Assembly: GCA_963758525.1 (NCBI GenBank)
Contig: CAVWVQ010000003.1
Coordinates: 288,001-352,000 of the forward strand
Reading direction: 5' to 3'
DNA from: an uncultured Phycisphaerales bacterium
GTDB lineage: Bacteria; Planctomycetota; Phycisphaerae; Tepidisphaerales; Tepidisphaeraceae
DNA: 64,000 nt
This document shows, in pieces, positions 55,611 to 64,000 of this stretch. The notes beneath the pieces were generated by a model. It was not told the origin of the DNA. It searched no databases and saw nothing but the letters and a program-made list of their open reading frames with translations. The translations under genes and the position numbers were made by a program. Each line of letters opens with the position of its first letter. The first letter of the stretch is position 1.

Positions 55611-56609
55611 TCATCCGCCTAGGGAATCTGAGTTGACTGCTGTCAAAGCACCGGGCCCAGCCGGGGATTCCGGTTTGGGGACGCTGGCTCGAATCGAACT
55701 GACCGGGACCAGCGGCTCGTCACATAAGTCCTTGTCGAGAAAGCCAAAAGCGTGCGGCGGCGTGATGACGCGCACACCTACGCGCTGCTGCTCTTCGCGG
55801 ATTTGCGATTTGAGCGATTTCATGTTGGTCCAATGGCAGCGCGGCCGGTAGTGGTGCTCGGCGTGGTAGCCGTTGTTAAACCAGACCCAGTTATAGAGCC
55901 GGTGGTAGCTGCTCACTCCCCAAGCCATCGGGACGTCGGGGTTGCCGCCGAAATGCTCGAAATAACCGTTCAGATAGCTAAGGCAATGGCCCAGGTACCA
56001 AAAGGGAATGAAAAACGCCAGAAATCGCCAATTCAGGAACAGCATGCCGACCATACACGCGCCGGTCATGCCCATTTCCACCAATCCCCAGGCTGCCTCG
56101 CGCGGATTATTTTTCTTGATTTCGCGGTAAGCGACCATCGGCTGGTCGCGGAAGAAGCTGGTGAAGGTGTAGCGCCAGAGATTTTCCGCATGCCCCTCGT
56201 GACCATGCTGATAGATGGAAAGCCAGTCGATGGTCTGATGGTCTTCGCCCGGCCTATCGCTGTTGCCGATGTGATGACGGCGGTGAACATAATCGTAGAT
56301 GACCTGAGAGAACTGGCAATCGAACGATTCCAAAAGGCTGAACAGACGATTGAGGATCGGCGAGTTGAAGTAACGGTTGTGGATGAAATTGTGCGAGATG
56401 CCGTTGATGTTCCAGGAGATGCTGAATGCGTACACAACTCCCAGCGCGCCGAGCAGCGGCGCCTTGATCGCCCACGCGACGTGCAGGCGCGCGAACACCA
56501 TATACATCGCGACCAGATACACGGCATGCACCACGCCGAAGATCGCCGGCACGGCATCCCACCAAGAATAGCGGAAAAGCCCCGGTCGTTTAGGGAGAAT
56601 CAGCGACAT
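55611..56609 (-). CDS. Membrane fatty-acid desaturase family protein
   Basis: His boxes HNFIH, HRRHH and HAEHH. Confidence 0.88.
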   Translation of the reverse strand: MSLILPKRPGLFRYSWWDAVPAIFGVVHAVYLVAMYMVFARLHVAWAIKAPLLGALGVVYAFSISWNINGISHNFIHNRYFNSPILNRLFSLLESFDCQFSQVIYDYVHRRHHIGNSDRPGEDHQTIDWLSIYQHGHEGHAENLWRYTFTSFFRDQPMVAYREIKKNNPREAAWGLVEMGMTGACMVGMLFLNWRFLAFFIPFWYLGHCLSYLNGYFEHFGGNPDVPMAWGVSSYHRLYNWVWFNNGYHAEHHYRPRCHWTNMKSLKSQIREEQQRVGVRVITPPHAFGFLDKDLCDEPLVPVSSIRASVPKPESPAGPGALTAVNSDSLGG

Positions 56610-56658
56610 AGGTGGGAGATGGTACGGGGTTGGGGGCGATTTGTTCAACTGAGGGAAG

Positions 56659-56781
56659 GCACGAAGGCACGGAGGCACGAAGGCACGAAGGCACGAAGGG
56701 AAGGACGCTGCGCGGCGGATTATTTGTTCATATCCCCTTCCTCACCCTTCGTGCCTTCGTGCCTCCGTGCCTTCGTGCCTC
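56659..56781. repeat. Inverted arrays of octamer GGCACGAA forming a hairpin, overlapping the rph 3' end
   Basis: (GGCACGAA)x5 ... (TTCGTGCC)x4. Confidence 0.85.
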
Positions 56782-57566
56782 TCCCTTTCCCCCAACGCTT
56801 CCCTCTGCTTTTCCATCACTTGTTTGCAACCGGCCAGCGCCAGGTCGAGCAGTTCGTTCATTTGCTGCCGATCGAAGCCCTCCCCGTTCTCGGCGGCGCC
56901 CTGCACCTCCACGAGCTTGCCGCGGGCGGTGGCGGCGACGTTCATATCGACAGAAGCACGCGAATCGTCGTGATAATCCAGATCAAGCCGGGCCTCCCCA
57001 TCGACGAGCCCGACGCTGATGGCGGCAAGCTGGTCCAGCAAGGCGCTCGTCGGATCGTAGAACGCGGGATCGAATCGCGCAGGCAGCCGTCCGCCAGGCG
57101 GCAAACCGCCTCTGGGCGATGGCACCGTCGCTGGGAGCGTTTGGATCGCGTCGGCGAGCGCGACATACGCGGCGCTGATTGCCGCGGTGCGCGTGCCGCC
57201 GTCGGCTTGCAAGACCTGGCAATCGAGCGCAATGGTATGAGGACCGATTTTACTCAAATCGATCGCGGCTCGAATTGCCCGGCCGATCAGACGTTGAATT
57301 TCAGTTCCCCGTCCATCGGTGTGACCGATCTTCGGCCAGGATTTGTGCTGCGGAGTCGCTGCTGGCAGCATCACGTATTCAGCCGTGACCCATCCCCCCT
57401 TCTTGTCGACCGAAAACCACGGCGGGACCTCTTGCGAGACCGAAGCCGTGCAAAGCACGATCGTCTTCCCCTGCTCCCAGAGCACCGAGCCTGCCGGAAA
57501 CTCTGTGAACCGGCGGGTGATGCGAACCTTTCGCAATTCGTCGAATCGTCTTCCGTCTTGGCGCAT
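56742..57566 (-). CDS. rph: Ribonuclease PH
   Basis: R.DGR..DELR, GWVTAEY.MLP, EIQRLIGR..RA, DC.VLQADGGTRTA, DLDY.DDS, EVQG.AE. Confidence 0.95.
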   Translation of the reverse strand: MRQDGRRFDELRKVRITRRFTEFPAGSVLWEQGKTIVLCTASVSQEVPPWFSVDKKGGWVTAEYVMLPAATPQHKSWPKIGHTDGRGTEIQRLIGRAIRAAIDLSKIGPHTIALDCQVLQADGGTRTAAISAAYVALADAIQTLPATVPSPRGGLPPGGRLPARFDPAFYDPTSALLDQLAAISVGLVDGEARLDLDYHDDSRASVDMNVAATARGKLVEVQGAAENGEGFDRQQMNELLDLALAGCKQVMEKQREALGERERHEGTEARRHEG

Positions 57567-57592
57567 CGATTCATAATACCCGTTGGGAGGAA

Positions 57593-57690
57593 GAGCCGCG
57601 AAGCAGCGAAGGCGCGAAGACAGAAGCGACGAATCCCACCCTCCCCCCGCTTCGCGGCGGTCTTCGCGCCTTCGCGCCTTCGCGGCTCTT
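57593..57690. repeat. Inverted arrays of octamer GGCGCGAA forming a hairpin upstream of rph
   Basis: GAGCCGCGAAGCAGCGAAGGCGCGAAGAC...GTCTTCGCGCCTTCGCGCCTTCGCGGCTC. Confidence 0.8.
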
Positions 57691-57769
57691 CTCCGATCTT
57701 CCACGAAAGGGAGCGAAAAACTGTCGCGGCAGCCCTTTTAGCTCCGATAACTGTTGCGAGGACGTTGCT

Positions 57770-57970
57770 ATGAACGAATTGGCAAAACTTGCCGAGCGGC
57801 TTCGCGCGATTCGTGCGCGGGAAAACGAGTTCCTCGGACGCTTCGCCGCAGAAAGTCTGTTTGATCGGCCGATATTCTTGGACGGGGTGCTGGCCGATCT
57901 GGAGCGAAACGGCAACGCGTCGCCTGGCCGGCTGAAGTCGAGATCCGGTCGTCAGAAGACCGACCGCTGA
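57770..57970 (+). CDS. Small hypothetical protein upstream of fliD
   Basis: 66 aa with GAGGA RBS, co-oriented with fliD. Confidence 0.45.
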   Translation: MNELAKLAERLRAIRARENEFLGRFAAESLFDRPIFLDGVLADLERNGNASPGRLKSRSGRQKTDR

Positions 57971-57996
57971 CGTGAAGCGGCGCTGAGCTTGCAGCT

Positions 57997-60728
57997 ATGG
58001 GAACGATCACTTCCAGCGTCGGGCTGATCAGCGGCCTGAATACCGGCTCGATCATCGATCAGTTGATCGCGATCGAGCAGCAGCCGGTCACGCAACTGCA
58101 GGCGCGGATCGCCACCAACACCGCGCAACAGTCCGCCTACAGCGGTTTTCAGACCCAACTGACAACGCTCCAGGGCGTCGGCCAGGCGCTGGAGCGCCCC
58201 TCACCTGGGCCAGCGCTACCGCCACCAGCAGCAACACCAACGCCCTGACGGCCACCGCCAGCGCCGGCGCCTCGACGGGATCTTTTCAGTTCAACGTCGC
58301 CCAGCTCGTGACCGCCCAGCAAAGCATTTCCAACGGATATGGCAGCAGCTCGTCGCTGGTCGGCGCGGGCAACATCACGGTCACGCTCGGCGGAGGAGAC
58401 CTCGGATCGCAGACGACACTGGCTGGGCTCAACGGCGGCAGCGGAGTGCCGCAGGGGCAGTTTCGCATCACCGACCGCAGCGGCAAGTCGGACGTGATTG
58501 ACGCATCGTCAGCCATCACGCTCGACGACATTGTCCAGAAGATCAACACCGCGCAGGACATCAACGTTCACGCATCCATCGAGAACAATCAACTGGTCCT
58601 GACCGATCAGACGGGGCAGACTCTCGGAAATCTCAGCGTGCAGGACATCGGCAACTCGACGACGGCGCAGTCGCTGGGAATTGCCGGAACCGCAACCGGC
58701 ACCGCCATCACGGGCGCGAATATCAACACTGTCGGAGCTGGAACCGCGCTCACGGCGCTCAACAATGGGCTCGGAGTTGAAACCGCGCAGGGCGCGGCGG
58801 ATTTTCAAGTGACCACCAGCGACGGGACGAACATCGACGTGACGCTCGGCGGGGCCGCGACGCTCGGCGACGTGGTTAAGGCGCTGAACACCGCAGGCGG
58901 ATCGAAATTCTCCGCGGCAATCAATCCCACCACCAATTCCATCACGCTGACCGACAACAGCGGCGGCGGCGGAACACTGGCGGTGACGGCGCTCAACAAC
59001 TCCAAGGCCGCGCACGACCTGGGCCTCGATGCGGCACCCAGCGGGAACACCATCAGCGGACACTCGCTGATCCCATCCCTGGACAGCGTGCTTCTCTCGG
59101 GGTTGCATGGGGGCGCCGGAGTTCCGCTCGGGAAAATCTCCATCACCGACCGCAGCGGCCAGAGCAGCGGCCCGATCGATCTGTCCGGCGCCAACAGCGT
59201 GCAGGACATCATCAATACGATCAACAACACCGCGGGCATCTCGGTGACCGCCTCGCTCAATTCGGCGGGCAACGGAATTCAACTGGTCGATACGAGCGGC
59301 GGCACCGGAAACCTCGTCGTCAGCGACGTGAACTCGACGACGGCCGCCTCGCTCGGGATTGCCGGCACGTTCGACAATACGCAGCCGATCGATAACGGCG
59401 GCGACCTTCACGTTCAATTTGTCTCGCAGAACACGCTCTTGAGCAAATACAACGGCGGCAAGGGAGTCAGCGCCGGTTCGTTCAGCATTACCGCCGCTTC
59501 GGGCGCCACCGCCACCGTCGACACGACGCAGGGGGTGTTCAGCACGATCGGCGATATCATCTCGGCGATCAATGCCAAGAGCATCGGCGTCACTGCCTCG
59601 ATCAACGCCAACGGAAACGGCATACTGCTGACCGATACGACGGCCGGCGCGGGGCACCTCACTGTCGCGAACGTCAATGGCTCGACGGGCAGCGATCTTC
59701 AGCTCACCGGAACCGCGACCGGCAACACGATCGACGGCTCATTGCAGAAGACCGTTGCCGTCACCAGCACCGACACACTCGCCAGCGTGCAGCAGAAAAT
59801 TCAGGCGCTGGGGTTTGGGGCGTCCGCGGCGCTGGTGAACGACGGATCGGGACAGAATGGCGAGCATCTTTCGCTGACGGCGTTCAACTCCGGGGTGGCC
59901 GGGCGGGTTGTCATCGACGGCGGTGCGACAACGCTCACGACGCAGAACCTCGTGCAGGCGCAGGACGCGGCCGTCTTCTACGGCGGGGGTAATGGATCGA
60001 AGTCGCTGCTGATCACGTCGGACACGAACCAGATCAGCAACGTCATCCCCGGCGTTACGCTGCAGCTCACGGGAGTCAGCAACGGCCCGGTGACGCTCAA
60101 CGTTGCCCAGGACCCCAGCGGCATCGTAACGCAGTTGCAAAGCTTCACGACCACGTTCAACGCCATCGTCACGCAACTTGGGACCGATACCGCATTCGAT
60201 ACGTCGACCAACCAGGGCGGGCTGCTGCTGGGCGACGAGACCGCCCAGGAAATCCAAAGCGAGTTGTATGTTCCGTTGCAGTCGGCCGTCAAAGGAGCCG
60301 GGAAATATACGCAGTTGAGCGACATCGGCATCACCATCGGCGACAAGGCGCAGATCTCCTTCGACCAGACCAAGTTCCAGGCGGCCTTTGCCGCCGATCC
60401 CACGGACGTCGAAGCGCTGTTCACGCAGGCGACCACCGGGCTGGGCGCGATCATCGATCAGAGCACGACCAAGCTGATCGATCCCGTCAATGGCGTGATC
60501 ACGCTGGAAAACAACACACTCACGAGCCAGAACAGCACGTATCAGGATCGCATCACGCAACTGAACGCCACGATTGCCAATAAAAAAGCCCAGCTTGAAG
60601 AGCAATTCGCGAATATGGAAACCGTGCTGGCCACGCTGCAAAGCCAGCAGTCCGCGTTGAGCGGCCTGACCGGCAGCACTTCCTCGTCATCGTCATCCAA
60701 GTCCACTTCGTCTTCGTCGTCAGGTTAA
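57997..60728 (+). CDS. fliD: Flagellar filament cap protein FliD (~910 aa); frameshift near 58200
   Basis: GLISGL.T..II.QL..IE, V.QL..AQ, AQDA, N.I...IPGVTL.L, L.DIGI, L..QF..ME..L..L.SQ; fliS follows. Confidence 0.93.
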
Positions 60729-60763
60729 GAGCCTGTTTCAGAACCTGATGGCGCTTGTTACCT

Positions 60764-60873
60764 GGTTAGCCGCGCCGCGCAGCGAAGCACGTCCAGCGGG
60801 CGCCGCATGCCGACTCGCGCTCTAGGTCCGGAAAACGCCGCTGGACGCGCTTCGCTGCGCGGCGCGGCTAACC
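60764..60873. repeat. Long hairpin element (GTTAGCCGC...GTCCAG family)
   Basis: ~36-bp near-perfect stem; related to the element at 62045-62193. Confidence 0.8.
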
Positions 60874-60993
60874 GAGGTCCCGCAGCGCAAAAGTGGCGCT
60901 CGATTTTGCCGCGGCGATATTCTCCAAGTAATCCACTTCAAGGAGGCATGCCGATAGTTTGTCAGGCGGTTTCACCGGCGCAGGACAGGCACA

Positions 60994-61452
60994 ATGAATC
61001 CCAAGGCAGCGCAAAACTACCTTCGCACCCGGGTTCTGACCGCGACGCCCGAGCAGTTGCAGATGATGCTCTTCGACGGCGCGATCCGCTACGGAGAGCA
61101 GGCCCGCGTGGCGCTGGAGAACAAGAGCTGGGAAGCCAGTTACAATCTCATTACGCGGATGCAGAAGATCATCATCGAGTTGAATTCGAGCCTGAAGCAC
61201 AACGTTCTGCCCGAGTTGTGCGGTAAACTCGCCAGTCTTTATAATTACGCCTATCGCAAGCTGATTGAAGCCAACGTGCAGCACCGCGCCGATTCGCTGG
61301 ATGAAGCGCTCAAGATCCTGCGTTTCCAACGGGAAACCTGGGCGATGCTGCTCGATCAGCTCGCCAAAAAGAAGGCGGCCGCCGGCGCCCAATCCCTGGA
61401 CATGCCCGCCCCGGATCGGCGGATGGAAGCCAGTATTTCGATGCAGGGATGA
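60994..61452 (+). CDS. fliS: Flagellar export chaperone FliS
   Basis: Y....V.TATPEQL..ML.DGAI, II.EL...L, L..LY.Y....L..AN, RE.W. Confidence 0.95.
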   Translation: MNPKAAQNYLRTRVLTATPEQLQMMLFDGAIRYGEQARVALENKSWEASYNLITRMQKIIIELNSSLKHNVLPELCGKLASLYNYAYRKLIEANVQHRADSLDEALKILRFQRETWAMLLDQLAKKKAAAGAQSLDMPAPDRRMEASISMQG

Positions 61453-61463
61453 TGCCGCGCGGG

Positions 61464-61566
61464 AGATTTGAGATTTGAGATTTGAGATTCATGATCTGAA
61501 TTTGAGATCTCAGATTTGAAATCTGAGATTTCAGATTCAGTTTATTTCAGATCTCAAATTCAAGAT
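61464..61566. repeat. (GAGATTT)n heptamer array with inverted partner
   Basis: GAGATTTGAGATTTGAGATTTGAG...TCTCAAATT. Confidence 0.8.
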
Positions 61567-61573
61567 CCTCCCC

Positions 61574-62035
61574 ATGCAAATCGATTTGGCGCAACCTGGG
61601 GACGTGCCGCGGCTGGCCGAGTTGCTTGCAACACTCTTTGAGCAGGAAGCCGAGTTCACCCCGGATCGGGCGACGCACGAGCGCGGCCTGCGGCTGATCA
61701 TCGACGATCCGCAGATCGGGCGCATTCTCGTGTTGCGCGACGACGCGACAATTCAGGGGATGGCGAATCTCCTCTACACCGTCTCGACGGCCCTGGGCGC
61801 GCGTGTGGCGATTCTCGAAGACATGATCGTCGATCCATCCTGCCGCGGCCGCGGGCTCGGCTCAAAGCTGCTCGACGCGGCGATCGAGCAGGCGCGTGCC
61901 GCGGGATGTCAGCGGATCACCCTGCTGACGGATCGCGCCAACGCGCGGGCGCAGCGTTTCTACCAATCGCGCGGGTTCGCGCACTCTCAGATGACGCCGA
62001 TGCGATTATCGCTCAGTCCGAAACCCTTGGGTTGA
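61574..62035 (+). CDS. GNAT family N-acetyltransferase
   Basis: LEDMIV.P..RGRGLG..LL, I.LLTD..N..A..FY...GF. Confidence 0.9.
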   Translation: MQIDLAQPGDVPRLAELLATLFEQEAEFTPDRATHERGLRLIIDDPQIGRILVLRDDATIQGMANLLYTVSTALGARVAILEDMIVDPSCRGRGLGSKLLDAAIEQARAAGCQRITLLTDRANARAQRFYQSRGFAHSQMTPMRLSLSPKPLG

Positions 62036-62044
62036 CATCCTCCC

Positions 62045-62193
62045 GCGTGCGCGGCACTCGCTATTCGTTAGCCGCCTCGCTCGCGAGGTGTGTCCAGGGG
62101 CGCTGATCTTACGAACAGCGCATTCCGGATGAGTGCGCCGCTGGACACACCTCGCGAGCGAGGCGGCTAACGAATAGCGAGTGCTGCGCACGC
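62045..62193. repeat. Long hairpin element between convergent genes
   Basis: 44-bp perfect stem GCACTCGCTATTCGTTAGCCGCCTCGCTCGCGAGGTGTGTCCAG and its reverse complement. Confidence 0.85.
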
Positions 62194-62290
62194 ATCGAGA
62201 TTGGTCTCGCGCCGGACTGAACGCGCCGCGATCCGCCGGGGAATTCCAGCGTCGCTTCGCGTCGTCGCGGACCGTGTCACGCATGGGGCT

Positions 62291-64000
62291 TTACTGCGCC
62301 GCCGGCTCGTCGCCGTGGAGAATGCGGACGGCGCCGGCGGAGTCGGCGGTGCGGAGAAACAGCACGCCCATGAGGGCGTCATCGCGGCCGAAATCGACTG
62401 GGCCGCACCAGCTGGCGCTTTCGCCGGTGGAGGTGCGGTGCTGAACGAAATTGAAACGGATCAACGCCGGAAGTCCGCGGGTGGGATCGCCGATGAGTTT
62501 CCACGGGACGGCAAGCTCGCCGCGCCAGTCGCCGCCGCCGGGCGTGGTGGTGGCATAGCGGACGGCGGCGTCTTCGACGACCTGCCATTCGCGGACATTG
62601 TGCCTCGCGTCGAGCTTTTGCTCGACCCACACGCCGCCGTTGGGTTTGCAGACAATGTGGAGCACCGTTCCGAGCGGCTGGCCGGTTGCGTAGACCGGCT
62701 GAATGAGGATCTCGCAGAGGTCCTCCCCCCAGGCGCGGCGATCTTTATACGTCACGAAATTCTGAGCGTGGTGCTGCAAACCTTCGGCAATGCCCTGAAG
62801 CGAAAAGGCGATATAGAAATTTTCCGCGGCCCAGGCGCTGTACACGCGCGTGGGCGTCGCGGCACGCTGCAGCTCCTGCCGTTGCAGCGCCGGCCGGTTG
62901 AGCATGACGATCATCGGACCGTCCTGCATCGCGTCGCTTTCGACCCAGTCGTCCAGCGTTCCGTCAATCGACAGGCGTCCCTCGCGACGATCGCTGGCCG
63001 CCACGGGAAGCACCACGCGCAGCGGGCTGGGGACGTGCGTGGAGCCGTCAATGAAATCGACCTGCATCGGCAGCCGCGACGAGGGCGTGAGTTGCTCTGC
63101 GTCAAACTTTGCGTCCAGCGACGATCGCAGCACGTGATAAGTCTTCAAACTTGGAACGTTCAGCGGAGCGGGGTTGATCTTCCACTCCGGGGGAAGCGCC
63201 GCCCATTCGATCGTATTGCCGCCGGGCGTTTCGTCAGAAGCGTTGTAGATATCCATTCCCATGTGCAGATCGATCAGGCTGGGCGTCGCGGGATCCTTGT
63301 CCCACGACCACTCGCTGCTGCGACCGATCAACAGCGGACGCTCCTGCGGGCGGGCCCACTGCAATGTGTGGATGTACAGCTCGTGCTGCAGGACGGGATC
63401 GGCGGCCTGCCTCGGCGGACGCAGGGCGACCGTCTGCGCCAGCAGCGTTTCCGCCTCGCTCCAGGCGCGGATCGGTGGTGCCGCTCATCAGCGAATAGGT
63501 GGGGTCGGGCGCTTCTCCGGGCTGAATCTCCACAGGCTTGGTGATCAGCCGGGCCATCTGCTGGGCGTTGACCTCTTCGCCGCGTTCCTTGGCGAGGTAG
63601 AGATACTCAAAGTCCTGCTCCGCGCGGCGCAGCCATTTCAGCTGAACCGTCGGCACCGGCTCATCGACTCCGAACCAGCTCCCCGGATAGAACCAGATCA
63701 GCTCATTGGGGTCGGCCGGCTCGCTGGCGCTGGAAACGATCGGCAGCGGCGAGTTCCACATCACGTAAGTGGCCCGGCGCAAGAATGCGAGGAATGCCCA
63801 GGTGCGGACGTCGTGCTCGTCGCCGCCGGCGCCGACATAGGGGAGCAGACCCGGGAGATCGGTGCGCAGCCAATGCTCGGGCCGAACCACTCCCTGCGGC
63901 CACGGCTGCACGGGCGGCGCGAAGACGAGACTCGGGACCGAGGTGAGCAAACGCGTGGTCGTCGAGGAATCGATCAGCCGGGGATTGTTCGGATTTGCGA
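62291..64000 (-). CDS. Hypothetical protein with DUF4091-like segment and C-terminal CBM9-like sugar-binding domain; partial, frameshift near 63465
   Basis: YPG...G...PVP...LK.LR...QDFEYL (DUF4091-like), then IDG.LDDW, W..E..VPW, RFNF. Confidence 0.6.

Noticed and set aside
55752..57773. 673-aa plus-strand ORF and other long antisense ORFs (e.g. 42712-44031, 62201-63544)
   Set aside because: Shadow frames opposite well-supported genes in high-GC DNA

Overview
High-GC bacterial chromosomal segment, most likely from a planctomycete (Phycisphaerae/Tepidisphaera-like; inferred from the PVC-type CxxCH proteins, DUF1080, very long FliD and planctomycete-style Rhs sequence). Many conserved genes are broken by single-base frameshifts at homopolymer or GC runs, which I read as uncorrected long-read errors. 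Core content: stress genes (PfpI, Zn-dependent dehydrogenase, SRPBCC), tRNA-Ala(CGC), a CslA-like GT2, a Tat-exported Gfo/Idh/MocA enzyme, rhomboid-TPR plus truncated globin, DUF1080, two PVC-type heme proteins, a two-component/RND efflux cluster, an IS5-split vapBC, CbiX, M28 peptidase, a divergent membrane PPase, a PPIase, an aminotransferase, a hopanoid cluster (hpnN, hpnO, shc, GNAT, two EamA/SMR genes, nearby desaturase), rph, fliD and fliS. The most interesting part is the accessory region at ~13.3-20.2 kb. There, near-identical HUH/Y1 (RAYT-like) transposase genes bounded by a perfect 19-bp terminal inverted repeat alternate with Rhs core fragments and orphan toxin-tail/immunity-like cassettes. 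Next to them is an internally deleted GxxExxY nuclease gene with tandem-repeat inverted ends. The window also carries many small palindromic elements, including one REP doublet packaged inside two different MITE end types and a REP pair inserted in frame inside hpnN.
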